A stretch of 64,000 bases of DNA from Candidatus Microgenomates bacterium (GTDB taxonomy: Bacteria > Patescibacteriota > Microgenomatia > UBA8517): assembly GCA_049523135.1 (NCBI GenBank), contig JBEKNE010000001.1, positions 146,095-210,094 on the forward strand, read 5' to 3'. Numbering within the stretch: position 1 is the first letter of the stretch; every line of letters starts with the position of its first letter. Positions 24,739-35,068 of the stretch are shown here, piece after piece. A program made the position numbers and the translations under genes. A model generated the notes under the pieces. It worked only from the letters and a program-made list of their open reading frames with translations, was not told where the DNA came from and did not search any database.

Positions 24739-26466
24739 ATGGAAGATCTAATCGCCAGGGGACGCAAGATTATTAATTCCCAACAAAATTCAATTCTTTC
24801 TGCTGCAACCCTCATTATGGCAATGATAGCTTTATCTCTGATTCTGGGATTCATTAGTCAGAGGGTTTTGGCAAGCTATTTTAGTCCGGATTCTCTTTCA
24901 CTGTTCTTTGCGGCTTTCAGACTTCCCGATGCAATTTTTCAGGTTTTGGTTTTTGGCGCTTTTTCATCCGCTTTTATTCCTGTTTTTACAAAGACACTTA
25001 AAGAAGGCAGGGCAAGAGCATGGCTTTTGGCGGGGAAAGTTGCTTCAATCGGACTTGCAATCTTTCTTTTTGCGGTTGCAATTGTCGGATTTTTTGCCGT
25101 TAAGATATATGCAATTATTGCTCCCGGCTATGGCCCTGCGGGGACTGCCGAGATAGCTTTTTTGGCCAGAATTCTTTTTGCCGCACAAGGATTTTTTGTG
25201 ATAAGTTATGTCTTAACAGGTGTCTTGGAATCGCTTCGAAGGTTTTTGGTTCCGGCTCTGGCACCCATTTTTTATAATCTCGGAATAATTTTGGGAACTG
25301 TAATTCTTACTCCTTACCTTGGTTTAACTGCTCCTGCCGTTGGAGTTGTTATCGGAGCTTTTGCACATTTTATGATACAGTTTCCTCTTTCCAGAAAGCT
25401 TGGCTTCCGTTTTACTTTGGATTTGAAGCCCAATGAAGGAGTAAAGGATATTGGGAAATTGGCACTTCCCAGAGTAATAGATTTAGCTTTCGATCAGTTG
25501 GGTCAAAGCGTGGAGTTGTTTCTTTCCTCAATTATTTCTCAAGCCGCATATACTTATTATACTTTTGCCAACTCTCTTCAACTTTTGCCGGTGACCCTTT
25601 TTGGAACCTCTCTCGCTAAAGCAGTCCTGCCTATGCTTTCCCATGCAGACGGCAATTGGAAAGAATATAGAAGAATTCTTCTTGTTGCAATTTTTCAGGC
25701 AATGTTTTTTACCTTGCCGCTTTCTGCTGCTTTAATTGCCCTGAGGGTTCCGGCAGTCCGTCTTGTTTACGGAACAAAAATTTTTGATTGGGAGGCAACA
25801 ATCGAGACAAGTACAACTCTTTCCGTTTTTGCATTTTCTATAATTTCTCAAACTTTAATGTCCGTTCTGGCCCGTGCCTTTTTTGCGCTTCACGATACAA
25901 AAACCCCCGTAATAGTTTCTTTTATTGGCCTTTTTCTTTTGATAGCAGGGGATTTTGTTTTGGTTAAAGGCTTCCACATGGATGTTTGGGCGCTTGCCGC
26001 TTCATTTGCTTTTAGCACCATGGTTGAGGCGGCAATTCTTTTAATTTTAATAGATAAAAGAGTCGGTGAAATTCTTAATCCGAAGTTTTTTATCCATACA
26101 CTGAAAATTTTAACGGCCTCGGTGATTTCTGGCAGTGCTATGTTTTTTATACTTAAAATCTTTGATAAATCAGTCTGGGTTAAAAGACTTTCGTTTCTGA
26201 ATGGAGTTGATGTAGCAAGAACCTTTCCTTTTGAAAAATTTATGCTTGATACCCGCTACACCGGAAACGTCATAATTTTGACGGTTGTTACTTTTGTAGT
26301 GGGAGCAACAATTTACACTCTTTTATCACTTCTTTTGAGGGTAGATGAAACAAAATATTTCCTGAATATTGCCAAGAGCGTAGTTATTAAACACAGGTTG
26401 CCTCCTCTGCCGCCGAAAGAAGAGGAGCCGATTACCCAAAGTGCGGATACGCAGATGCAACAGTAA
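24739..26466 (+). CDS. murJ: Lipid II flippase MurJ/MviN
   Basis: AAFRLPD, GAFSSAFIPVF, RAFFALHDTKTP; many TMs. Start moved to ATG 24739 to avoid overlap with rpsT. Confidence 0.92.
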   Translation: MEDLIARGRKIINSQQNSILSAATLIMAMIALSLILGFISQRVLASYFSPDSLSLFFAAFRLPDAIFQVLVFGAFSSAFIPVFTKTLKEGRARAWLLAGKVASIGLAIFLFAVAIVGFFAVKIYAIIAPGYGPAGTAEIAFLARILFAAQGFFVISYVLTGVLESLRRFLVPALAPIFYNLGIILGTVILTPYLGLTAPAVGVVIGAFAHFMIQFPLSRKLGFRFTLDLKPNEGVKDIGKLALPRVIDLAFDQLGQSVELFLSSIISQAAYTYYTFANSLQLLPVTLFGTSLAKAVLPMLSHADGNWKEYRRILLVAIFQAMFFTLPLSAALIALRVPAVRLVYGTKIFDWEATIETSTTLSVFAFSIISQTLMSVLARAFFALHDTKTPVIVSFIGLFLLIAGDFVLVKGFHMDVWALAASFAFSTMVEAAILLILIDKRVGEILNPKFFIHTLKILTASVISGSAMFFILKIFDKSVWVKRLSFLNGVDVARTFPFEKFMLDTRYTGNVIILTVVTFVVGATIYTLLSLLLRVDETKYFLNIAKSVVIKHRLPPLPPKEEEPITQSADTQMQQ

Positions 26467-26483
26467 GCTTCAAAAACGACCTC

Positions 26484-26520
26484 TTGACAAGTATTAGCAC
26501 TCGGTCTATCATACTGCTAA
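26484..26520 (+). promoter_or_regulatory. hrcA promoter with overlapping CIRCE operator
   Basis: TTGACA (26484), 17 nt, TATCAT (26507); TTAGCACTC-N9-TACTGCTAA at 26494-26520 (two mismatches to the CIRCE consensus); ATG at 26522. Confidence 0.92.
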
Positions 26521-26521
26521 T

Positions 26522-27256
26522 ATGACAGATGGACTTACATCAAGACAGACACAAATTTTAAAAACTATCATTAATGAATATATAGAAACAGCTGAGCCGG
26601 TTGGCTCCGAAGCTCTTGATAAGAAATATAATCTCGGCGTTTCCCCTGCGACAATCCGGAACGAAATGGTATCTCTTACTAAAACAGGATATCTTAAACA
26701 ACCTCACGCTTCAGCCGGGAGAGTTCCCACTCCACTTGCAATGAAATTTTATATAAACCAACTTATGGAGGAAAAACAGATGAGTCTGGTTGACGAGGTT
26801 AAGGCAAAAGAAGAAGTTTGGGATTCTCGGGATGATATAGATGAGCTTATGGATGAAGCAACCCATGCGCTTGCGACGAGAACTAAATCTCTGGCGGTTG
26901 CGGCACTTAAAGACAAAAAAAACAGATTTTGGCAAGCGGGACAATCTTATATTTTTAACAATCCTGAGTTTGCCGAAATGGTCACGTGTCAAAATCTTTT
27001 TTCGATTTTTGATGAATTTGATAAGCTTGACAGACTTTTCTTTGGGCTTGAATCCACTTCCCCTCTTGAGGTTCTTTTTGGAGAAGAATTGGGAATCCCT
27101 GAACTGATGCCTACCGGAATTGTTGCGACGCATTTTAATATAAAAGGTAAGCCGGGAGCTCTCGGGGTAATCGGTCCGGCAAGAGCAGATTACGGAACGG
27201 TTATTCCGATACTCAGATATTTTGGGAATTTAATTCAGGAAGTTGCAAACGGTTAA
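26522..27256 (+). CDS. hrcA: Heat-inducible repressor HrcA (short form)
   Basis: YIETAEPVGS, VSPATIRNEM, QPHASAGRVPT, GVIGP.R.DY. Confidence 0.95.
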   Translation: MTDGLTSRQTQILKTIINEYIETAEPVGSEALDKKYNLGVSPATIRNEMVSLTKTGYLKQPHASAGRVPTPLAMKFYINQLMEEKQMSLVDEVKAKEEVWDSRDDIDELMDEATHALATRTKSLAVAALKDKKNRFWQAGQSYIFNNPEFAEMVTCQNLFSIFDEFDKLDRLFFGLESTSPLEVLFGEELGIPELMPTGIVATHFNIKGKPGALGVIGPARADYGTVIPILRYFGNLIQEVANG

Positions 27257-27257
27257 A

Positions 27258-27704
27258 ATGGCAAAAGGAAAAAAACAGGAGAAGATTGACGAGGAAAAAG
27301 TTCTTTTGAAAAATCAATTGGCAAGAGCATTGGCAGATTACGATAATTTAAGAAAAAGAGTCGAATCTGAAAAACTGATGTGGGAAGTTGAAGCGGAATC
27401 AAGAGCTGTACAAAAACTCTTGCCGGTTTTGGACATGATCGAAGATGCACAAACCCACTTGAAAGATTCGGGGCTGGCAATTGTAATTGGGGAATTTAAG
27501 CGGTCATTAAGTGAACTTGATGTAGAAGAGATTAAGGCTAGTCCTGGGGATGAATTTAACCCATTGGAAGAGGAAGTTATTGAAATAGTTTCAGGTGGAG
27601 TTAATAATAAGATTAGTGAAGTTATAAAAACAGGCTGGAAGATTAAAGGAGAGAGTTTTATAATTAGACCTGCTAAAGTTAAGGTCTTTGGAAAAAATAA
27701 ATAA
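27258..27704 (+). CDS. grpE: Nucleotide exchange factor GrpE
   Basis: RALADYDNLRKR, LLPVLD, FNP, GWKI...IIRPAKVKV. Confidence 0.93.
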   Translation: MAKGKKQEKIDEEKVLLKNQLARALADYDNLRKRVESEKLMWEVEAESRAVQKLLPVLDMIEDAQTHLKDSGLAIVIGEFKRSLSELDVEEIKASPGDEFNPLEEEVIEIVSGGVNNKISEVIKTGWKIKGESFIIRPAKVKVFGKNK

Positions 27705-27713
27705 ATTTAAATT

Positions 27714-29618
27714 ATGGGAAAAATAATTGGAATAGATTTAGGAACAACAAATTCATGTGTCGCGGTAATGGAGGGTGGCCGGCCCAAAGTTATCCCGGCA
27801 GTTGATACAGGGAAAAATACTACTCCGTCGGTAGTTGAACCTGTCAAAAATTTGGTAGGGGACGTTGCCAAAAGGCAAATGATCCTTAATGCAAAAAATA
27901 CCGTATATTCGGCAAAACGCCTCATGGGTCGAAGATTTACGGATAAAGAAGTGAAAAGGACCATTGAAATGGTTCCTTACAAAATTGTCGACGGCAAGAA
28001 CGGAATGGCCGATATTGAGATTGAAGGCAAGACTTATACTCCTCAGGAAATTGGCGCCAGAGTTCTAATGAAGCTTAAGAAAGACGCCGAAAAATATTTG
28101 GGTGAAGACGTGACTCAAGCAGTTATTACGGTCCCCGCCTATTTTGACGATGCCCAGCGCCAAGCAACCAGACAGGCCGGAGAAATTGCCGGACTAAAAG
28201 TTGAAAGAATTATTAATGAACCGACAGCTTCAGCACTCGCCTACGGAATGGATAAGAAAAAATCCGAAAAAATTGCGGTCTATGACCTTGGAGGCGGAAC
28301 TTTTGATATTTCAATTTTGGATATCGGCGACGGAGTAATAGAGGTCAAAGCCACAAATGGAGACACCCATCTTGGAGGCGATGATTTTGACGCAGTAATT
28401 GTTGACTATATTGTCTCCGAATTTAAGAAAGAAAACGGAATTGACCTTAAAGCCGATACACAGGCTTATCAAAGAGTCAGGGATGCAGCCGAAAAAGCCA
28501 AGATTGAACTTTCCGCGGCTGACGAGGTTGAGATTAATCAACCTTACATTACCCAAAAAGACGGTCAACCCCTTCACCTTATGATGAAGCTTACCCGTGC
28601 CAAGATGGAGGGCTTGGTGGATGACCTAATTCAAAAAACAATTAAGCCGGTTGAGGCGTGTCTAAAGGATGCAAAGATGGATCCTCATGATGTTGATGAG
28701 GTAATTATGGTTGGCGGAATGACTAGAATGCCTAAAGTTGTCGAAGTTGTCAAAAACTTCTTTGGTAAGCAGCCTAACCAATCGGTTAACCCCGATGAAG
28801 TCGTTGCAGTCGGAGCCGCAATTCAGGGCGGAGTTTTGGGAGGCGAGGTCAAAGATATACTACTTCTCGACGTAACTCCTCTGACTTTAGCCATAGAAAC
28901 CATGGGAAATATTGCTACCCCAATGATTGCAAGAAATACCACGGTTCCTACCAGCAAAACCGAGGTTTTCTCAACCGCCAGCGATAACCAAACACAAGTC
29001 CAAATTGTTGTAACTCAAGGTGAGCGCCCAATGAGTGCGGACAATAAAACTCTTGGGACCTTTATTCTTGACGGAATTCCACCGGCACCACGCGGAGTTC
29101 CTCAAGTTGAAGTTACTTTTGACCTTGATGCATCCGGAATTCTGACCGTTACGGCCAAGGATAAAGCAACAAGCAAGACTCAGAATATTAAAATTACCGG
29201 CGCGGTAGGTCTATCCGATGATGAAATTAAGAGAATGCAGGAAGAGGCCGAAAAGCACAAAGCCGAGGATGAAAAGAAAGCCGATGTGGTCAAAACCAGG
29301 AATAGTGCTGATGCCATGGTTGCCACGGCCGAAAAAGCACTAAAAGATGCCGGTGATAAAGTTCCTGCCGATGTTAAGGAAAAAGTTGAAGAGAAAGTTA
29401 AGAAAGTAAAAGAAACTACGGCCAAAGAAGATTCCTCAAAGGAAGATATTGAAAATGCAACTAAGGATTTGTCCGACACTTTGAGCCAAATCGGACAAGC
29501 AATGTACGGTCAGCAAGGCCAATCTCAACCTCAAGGTGAATCGAAATCTGACGGAGAAGATAAGAAAGAAGACAAGAAAGATGATGAAAAGGTTGAAGAG
29601 GGAGAAGTTGTGAGTTAA
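27714..29618 (+). CDS. dnaK: Chaperone DnaK
   Basis: [34 protein letters not shown]. Confidence 0.98.
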   Translation: MGKIIGIDLGTTNSCVAVMEGGRPKVIPAVDTGKNTTPSVVEPVKNLVGDVAKRQMILNAKNTVYSAKRLMGRRFTDKEVKRTIEMVPYKIVDGKNGMADIEIEGKTYTPQEIGARVLMKLKKDAEKYLGEDVTQAVITVPAYFDDAQRQATRQAGEIAGLKVERIINEPTASALAYGMDKKKSEKIAVYDLGGGTFDISILDIGDGVIEVKATNGDTHLGGDDFDAVIVDYIVSEFKKENGIDLKADTQAYQRVRDAAEKAKIELSAADEVEINQPYITQKDGQPLHLMMKLTRAKMEGLVDDLIQKTIKPVEACLKDAKMDPHDVDEVIMVGGMTRMPKVVEVVKNFFGKQPNQSVNPDEVVAVGAAIQGGVLGGEVKDILLLDVTPLTLAIETMGNIATPMIARNTTVPTSKTEVFSTASDNQTQVQIVVTQGERPMSADNKTLGTFILDGIPPAPRGVPQVEVTFDLDASGILTVTAKDKATSKTQNIKITGAVGLSDDEIKRMQEEAEKHKAEDEKKADVVKTRNSADAMVATAEKALKDAGDKVPADVKEKVEEKVKKVKETTAKEDSSKEDIENATKDLSDTLSQIGQAMYGQQGQSQPQGESKSDGEDKKEDKKDDEKVEEGEVVS

Positions 29619-29629
29619 GCTTCATTTTA

Positions 29630-30523
29630 ATGGCTACTAAAGCAGATTATTATGACATCCTCGGTGTGAGTAAGACTGCTTCTGCTGATGAAATCAAAAA
29701 GGCTTACAGGAAGCAGGCTTTGGAGTGGCATCCTGACCGTCACAAGGACGATAAGGAAGCTGCCGAGAAGAAATTCAAGGAAATTAACGAAGCCTATCAA
29801 GTTCTTTCCGATCCTCAGAAAAAGGCCGCTTTTGATCAATATGGTTCTGCCGCTTTTACTCCGGGAGGAGGCAATCCCTTTGCAGGAGGCGGAAATCCAT
29901 TCGGAGGTTTTCAAGGCGGACAAAGTGGGCCATTTACTTACACTTATACAACAGGTGGAGATGGAGGTAATCCTTTTGGCAATGTCGATTTTGGCGACCC
30001 GTTTGATATTTTTGAACAATTTTTTGGCGGAGGAAATCCTTTTGGCGGAACCCGTCGTCAGCAAATTCCCCGCTATTCTATCGATTTAACTTTTATGGAA
30101 GCCGTAAACGGTGTCTCAAAAGAAGTTTCAATTGGCGGGAAGAAGCGAAAAATTAAAATTCCGGCAGGAATTTATGAAGGGGCCAGAATTAATTTTGGGG
30201 ACTTTACTTTATCAATAAATATTAAGCCGGATAAAATTTTTGAAAGACAAGACGATGATATTTATATAGGAGTCGCAATTCCCTTTTCTCTTGCAACTTT
30301 GGGAGGGGAAATTGAAGTTCCGACGGTTGAGGGAAAAATTAAACTTAGAATCCGCCCCGGCACCCAAAGTGGAACAATGATGAGGCTTAGGGAAAGAGGC
30401 GTTGCCCACCTTCACGGACGCGGCAAGGGAGATGAGTACGTGAGACTTAATATTTTATCCCCAGAAAAACTCAGTAGAGAACAAAGAAGAATTATTGAGG
30501 AAATGAAAGAGGAAGGATTGTAG
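29630..30523 (+). CDS. dnaJ: DnaJ-class co-chaperone without zinc finger (type II)
   Basis: J domain with HPD, G/F-rich region, C-terminal domain; no CxxCxGxG repeats. Confidence 0.92.
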   Translation: MATKADYYDILGVSKTASADEIKKAYRKQALEWHPDRHKDDKEAAEKKFKEINEAYQVLSDPQKKAAFDQYGSAAFTPGGGNPFAGGGNPFGGFQGGQSGPFTYTYTTGGDGGNPFGNVDFGDPFDIFEQFFGGGNPFGGTRRQQIPRYSIDLTFMEAVNGVSKEVSIGGKKRKIKIPAGIYEGARINFGDFTLSINIKPDKIFERQDDDIYIGVAIPFSLATLGGEIEVPTVEGKIKLRIRPGTQSGTMMRLRERGVAHLHGRGKGDEYVRLNILSPEKLSREQRRIIEEMKEEGL

Positions 30524-30532
30524 AAACTTACA

Positions 30533-30588
30533 CTAACTTCAGGAACAATTATTTTTTAATAATTGTCAGGGATTAAGCCTGAAGTTAG
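30533..30588. terminator. Long bulged palindrome between convergent genes (possible bidirectional terminator)
   Basis: CTAACTTCAGG/CCTGAAGTTAG 11-bp stem enclosing a 9-bp stem ACAATTATT/AATAATTGT; T run follows. Confidence 0.55.
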
Positions 30589-30612
30589 ATTTTTCCCTGT
30601 TTGCAAAACTGC

Positions 30613-30831
30613 TTATGAGCAGAAATAAAGGGCCATTCCCAAAATCAGTCCCGAGAGAGCAAATGAAATCGTTAGTTTTAGCCATATGGTCAAGTAATTT
30701 TCATTACCTTGAATGACCTGACTCAGACCAAAAAACCAAATGATAACCAATGTGGTTATACTTGCTCCCGACAGGGCATATGATGAGACTCTCACCCAGT
30801 TGACTTTCTGCAACTTTTCAACGAACGTCAT
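30613..30831 (-). CDS. Small two-TM hypothetical protein
   Basis: AAGGAGG SD before the ATG; own promoter TTGACT (30914-30909), 17 nt, TAGCAT (30891-30886). Confidence 0.7.
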   Translation of the reverse strand: MTFVEKLQKVNWVRVSSYALSGASITTLVIIWFFGLSQVIQGNENYLTIWLKLTISFALSGLILGMALYFCS

Positions 30832-30929
30832 TTCTTCCTCCTTATTGGAACTAAATGGTTTATTGACGCTACTGTCAATGTGGTTATGCTAACAGAAAAC
30901 TTCGCAAAAGTCAAGATTATGGGGTAGGT

Positions 30930-31006
30930 TTGACTTCTGCAGGCTTCTAGACTAAAATTACCTCAGGAATTAAGAAAGAGAGGTGGGACGAGTGCCCGCC
31001 TTTTTT
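30930..31006 (+). promoter_or_regulatory. nusA promoter and rimP-leader-like attenuator hairpin
   Basis: TTGACT (30930), 17 nt, TAAAAT (30953); AGAGGTGGG-loop-CCCGCCTTTTTT at about 30978-31006. Confidence 0.75.
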
Positions 31007-31017
31007 GTTAAAAGGAG

Positions 31018-32232
31018 ATGAATAACGCACCAAGAACAGAATTTAGTCAGGCACTAAAAGCCATAGCTCAGGAGCGAGGGCTTGACCCGGACGTGATTTT
31101 GGAAACCATTAAACAGGCAATTATCGCCGCTTATAAAAGAGACGCTTTTGAGGAAGGAACCGATGTTGAGGCTTTTGACTATGACGCCGTAATTGATCCG
31201 GTAAATGGCGAAACTAAAGTTTTTGCCTGGCCGCTCCCTGCTGAAGACGCCACCGAGGCTCAAATTAAAGAAGCAAAGAAAGATAAACGCGATGTTACCC
31301 CGCCCGGTTTTGGCCGAATTGCCGCTCAAACCGCCAAACAGGTTATTCATCAGAAGATCAGGGAAGCGGAAAAAGGTGCGATTATGGAAGAATTTTCGGA
31401 AAGAGTCGGTTCTTTGGTCTCGGGACTGGTTTTAAGATTTGACGGACCGAATGTGCGAGTTGACCTTGGACGGACTGAGGCGATAATGCTGGCTGAAGAC
31501 AGAATCCCCAGTGAAAGATTAAACCTAAATCAGCGTTTAACGTTTTTGATTAAAGCAATTAACGAAACCCCCAGAGGCAAGGAAATATTTTTATCCCGTG
31601 CCGCCCCCGAATTTGTTGCCAAACTTTTTGCCAGAGAAGTGCCTGAAATTTCTTCAAATTCTGTTGAAATTAAAGCTATTGCCAGAGAGGCAGGAGTCAG
31701 AACAAAAGTTGCCGTATTTTCGTCTCAAACCGGAGTTGACCCTGTTGGAAGCTGTGTCGGGCAAAAAGGAGTCAGGGTTCAGGCCGTAACCAATGAAATT
31801 GGCGGAGAGCGGGTTGATGTAATTTCATGGAATGATGACCCGGCGGAACTTATTAAGTCTTCACTCTCACCTGCCGAAAATCTTTCAGTGAAGCTTAATA
31901 ATGAAACGAAAATTGCTACAGTTTCGGCTCCCGAGGATCAGCTTTCAATGGCTATTGGAAAAGACGGACAAAATGTTAGGTTAACCGCAAAGTTAACTGG
32001 CTTCCGAATTGAAGTTGAAGGAAATGGCACCATTTCTGCTCCGGAAGAACCGATTGAAGAGCCGCCTCCCGCCCCGGTTGTTAAGAAAATTACAAAAACC
32101 AAAGCCAAAAAACTGGCTAAAAAAGCAAAAGCTGCGGCGGCTGAGGAACCAAATAAAGAACAAGTAGAAGAAGAACCGGCAGTTAAAATTCCGGAAATGA
32201 AGGAAGAGTTGAAGTCTGAAGATACTAAATGA
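31018..32232 (+). CDS. nusA: Transcription factor NusA
   Basis: FGRIAAQTAKQVI, S1 domain, AREAG.RTKVAV, AIGKDGQNVRL. Confidence 0.97.
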   Translation: MNNAPRTEFSQALKAIAQERGLDPDVILETIKQAIIAAYKRDAFEEGTDVEAFDYDAVIDPVNGETKVFAWPLPAEDATEAQIKEAKKDKRDVTPPGFGRIAAQTAKQVIHQKIREAEKGAIMEEFSERVGSLVSGLVLRFDGPNVRVDLGRTEAIMLAEDRIPSERLNLNQRLTFLIKAINETPRGKEIFLSRAAPEFVAKLFAREVPEISSNSVEIKAIAREAGVRTKVAVFSSQTGVDPVGSCVGQKGVRVQAVTNEIGGERVDVISWNDDPAELIKSSLSPAENLSVKLNNETKIATVSAPEDQLSMAIGKDGQNVRLTAKLTGFRIEVEGNGTISAPEEPIEEPPPAPVVKKITKTKAKKLAKKAKAAAAEEPNKEQVEEEPAVKIPEMKEELKSEDTK

Positions 32233-32320
32233 CATGGAAATTTTTGTAAATTTCGTAAAATTATCTTCATAAATTAACTTCAGCGCTTCCGGATGAATTT
32301 TACATAACATTATAAATATC

Positions 32321-33745
32321 ATGGAAGCAAATACTAAAAATAACAGCCAAGCTCGACCTCCTATTGTTGTGGTTTTGGGCCATGTTGATCATGGAAAAAC
32401 AACACTTCTCGACACAATTAGAAAAACCAATGTAACGGCGCGCGAGGCCGGCGGAATTACGCAAAGCATTGGTGCTTCCACTGTTGAAACAAAAGAAGGA
32501 AAGAAAATTACTTTTATAGATACTCCCGGCCACGCGGCCTTCGGAAAAATGAGGAGCCGTGGAGCTAAAGTTGCTGATATTGCCATTTTGGTTGTAGCCC
32601 AAGATGATGGAGTTCAGCCGCAAACAAAAGAAGCTCTGCAGATTATTAAAGATGCGAATCTCCCCTTTGTTGTTGTCGGAACTAAAGCCGATATTGCCGG
32701 AGTCAGCCCTGAACGGCTTCAAGGTGAGCTTGAAAAAGAGGGTGTCTTTTTTGAAGGCAGGGGCGGGCAAATACCTTTTATTTCCGTTTCCGCAAAGACA
32801 AACACCGGAATTACAGAACTTCTTGAAATGCTTTCTTTAATGGCGGAAGTGGCAGAACTCAAAGGGGACCCAGCCGGGCCGCTTGAGGCGGTCGTGATTG
32901 AATCAAGCAGAGACAAAATGGGTCCTGTAGCAACAGTTGTTGTCAGAAACGGGAGTATAAAAGTTGGAGAAACTATTTTTGCCGAGGTAAGCGAATGTAA
33001 AGTAAGGGCACTTTTTGATGATAAGGGAAAAGCGATTCGCGAAGTTCTTCCGGGTAATCCCGCAAAAGTTTTTGGTTTTACGGGTACTCCCACAATTGGC
33101 GCTTCAGTTATGAGAGAGTCGCACACGGCCGTTAAAGAACCCCCAAAAGCTAAAGGAGTTTTTGATTTAAGGCGGCTTAAGGAAGACGAAATTCCGGTAA
33201 TTATTAAGGCAGATAACGCAGGAAGTCTTGAAGCAATAATTGCCTCGCTTCCTCCAAAAATTGTGGTTGTAGATAGCGGTGTTGGAGATGTAAATTCCTC
33301 CGATGTCATTAACGCCAAGACGGGAAATGCTTATATATTTGCCTTTGAATCAAAAATTCCAAATGACATTGCCAAGCTTGCGGAGGCAGAAAAAATAAAA
33401 GTTGAGAGATATGAAATTATTTACGAACTTTTACAGAAGCTTGAAGAAATTTTGAAGAAAGGCAGGATTGAAATTCTTGGTCATGCCCAAATTTTGGCCA
33501 GTTTTCCTTTCAACAATAAAAAAGTTGCAGGCTGTAAAGTTCTTGACGGCAGGATTACAAAGGGTGATCAGCTTTCTCTGGAGAGGAACGGAAAAGAAAT
33601 CGGCAAGGGGAAAGCGGTTTCCCTTAGAAAGCAAAAACTGGAAGTTGTCTCAGTCGGTCCGGCGGAAGAATTTGGGATAATTATCGAGCCGCAACTTGAT
33701 TTTGCCATCGGAGACGTGTTAGTATCCATCCGCAATGGAAAATAG
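32321..33745 (+). CDS. infB: Translation initiation factor IF-2 (short, no N-domain)
   Basis: [34 protein letters not shown]. Confidence 0.96.
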   Translation: MEANTKNNSQARPPIVVVLGHVDHGKTTLLDTIRKTNVTAREAGGITQSIGASTVETKEGKKITFIDTPGHAAFGKMRSRGAKVADIAILVVAQDDGVQPQTKEALQIIKDANLPFVVVGTKADIAGVSPERLQGELEKEGVFFEGRGGQIPFISVSAKTNTGITELLEMLSLMAEVAELKGDPAGPLEAVVIESSRDKMGPVATVVVRNGSIKVGETIFAEVSECKVRALFDDKGKAIREVLPGNPAKVFGFTGTPTIGASVMRESHTAVKEPPKAKGVFDLRRLKEDEIPVIIKADNAGSLEAIIASLPPKIVVVDSGVGDVNSSDVINAKTGNAYIFAFESKIPNDIAKLAEAEKIKVERYEIIYELLQKLEEILKKGRIEILGHAQILASFPFNNKKVAGCKVLDGRITKGDQLSLERNGKEIGKGKAVSLRKQKLEVVSVGPAEEFGIIIEPQLDFAIGDVLVSIRNGK

Positions 33746-34679
33746 CTTCGTTTCACTTATCGACTCTGCCGCCTCAATTCTTGTCGTCTTGCCCACAAAG
33801 CCTTATTTTGACCAAGTAGCCGCAGCTCTTTCTCTTTACCTTTCAATTCATGACAGAAAAGAAGTTAATATTTATTGTCCGACGCCAATGATGGTTGGTT
33901 TTAATAGACTTATCGGAGTTAATAAAATTTCAACTGATTTGGGCAACAAGAATCTGGCTATTAAATTTATTGGTTATGAAGCCTCCAATATTGAGAAAGT
34001 AAGCTACGATATTGATAACGGTGAGTTTAAGCTTACGGTTATTCCGAAAACGGGTTTTGCCGCTCCGCAAAAGGACCAAATAATGACTGAGTATTTTGGA
34101 ACTGCCGCTGATTTGGTAGTTTTAGTCGGCGGGGCAAACGACTCGCATTTTCCGATTCTTACATCAAGTGAACTAACCAATGCTAAAGTTGCGCATGTTG
34201 GCACCCGTGTTCTTGATACAAAGAGGGACGTTATGTCTTTTGCCAAGCCCGGAGCAACAACCTCCGAGTTGGTGGCAAATTTGATTAAGGAAAACGGGCT
34301 GACACTGGATGCGGATACTGCAACCAATTTAGTTATGGGGATTGAAGAAGGAAGTGCTAATTTTGGAAGTCCCGAGGTTACCCCTGAAACTTTTGAAACA
34401 TTTGCATATCTACTTAGAAATGGCGGTCAAAGAATACCGAAGGCGAGACTGAATCCCTCAAGTTTTCCTCCCGGAGCAATTCCGACAAGACCTTTTGTAG
34501 CTCATCCGGTTCAAAAACCGGTTACACCCATGCCGCAGATAGAAACTCAGCCCGAGGCAGTGGTTCCGGATGCGGGTCAGGAAAGTCCTGACGTAAATCC
34601 GCCTTCCGATTGGCTCCAGCCGAAAATATACAAAGGCTCTTCAAATCAGCCCCCCACTTTTAGTGAAAACAAGGGATAA
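33735..34679 (+). CDS. Degenerate DHH/NrnA-like protein
   Basis: Pattern D..AAALSLY, DLVVLVG, TTSELVA, ATNLVMGI...S.NF...VTPETF is DHH-like, but the catalytic DHH residues are absent; Pro-rich tail ending PPSDWLQPKIYKG. Confidence 0.55.
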   Translation: MENSFVSLIDSAASILVVLPTKPYFDQVAAALSLYLSIHDRKEVNIYCPTPMMVGFNRLIGVNKISTDLGNKNLAIKFIGYEASNIEKVSYDIDNGEFKLTVIPKTGFAAPQKDQIMTEYFGTAADLVVLVGGANDSHFPILTSSELTNAKVAHVGTRVLDTKRDVMSFAKPGATTSELVANLIKENGLTLDADTATNLVMGIEEGSANFGSPEVTPETFETFAYLLRNGGQRIPKARLNPSSFPPGAIPTRPFVAHPVQKPVTPMPQIETQPEAVVPDAGQESPDVNPPSDWLQPKIYKGSSNQPPTFSENKG

Positions 34680-34688
34680 AATTGATAA

Positions 34689-34778
34689 TTGCGGTTCAGA
34701 AGATTTTCTGGTAATATACACAAGATGAAATCAAGGTTTAGCTTGAAATAGCTTTACTTTGCTTTTCATGACGACCAT
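34689..34778 (+). promoter_or_regulatory. rpsO promoter and structured leader
   Basis: TTGCGG, 17 nt, TG-n-TAATAT (34712); leader with ATGAAA/TTTCAT and AGCT/AGCT pairings. Confidence 0.55.
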
Positions 34779-35048
34779 ATGGCATTAGCTAAAGACGAAA
34801 AAGTAGACGTAATTAAAAAATTTGCTCGAGAAAAAGGCGATACGGGTTCTCCTGAAGTTCAAATCGCACTTCTTTCGGTAAAAATCGACAAATTAGTGGC
34901 CCACTTAAAAGAACACAAGAAAGACGTTCATTCGCGTCGCGGGCTTCTTTCAATGGTAGCCAAAAGGAGAAGACTCCTAAGCTATTTACATAGACGCGAT
35001 GAAGAACGTTATAAAAAACTCCTCACAGAGTTGAAGTTGGAAAAATAG
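34779..35048 (+). CDS. rpsO: 30S ribosomal protein S15
   Basis: DTGSPEVQIALL, HKKDVHSRRGLL. Confidence 0.98.
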   Translation: MALAKDEKVDVIKKFAREKGDTGSPEVQIALLSVKIDKLVAHLKEHKKDVHSRRGLLSMVAKRRRLLSYLHRRDEERYKKLLTELKLEK

Positions 35049-35068
35049 ATTAAAAGAATATAAATATT

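Noticed and set aside
32300-33318. 156-aa and 199-aa antisense ORFs
   Set aside because: Shadows of infB; the same applies to 42767-43369 (ftsK) and the many ORFs antisense to rpoBC and fusA.
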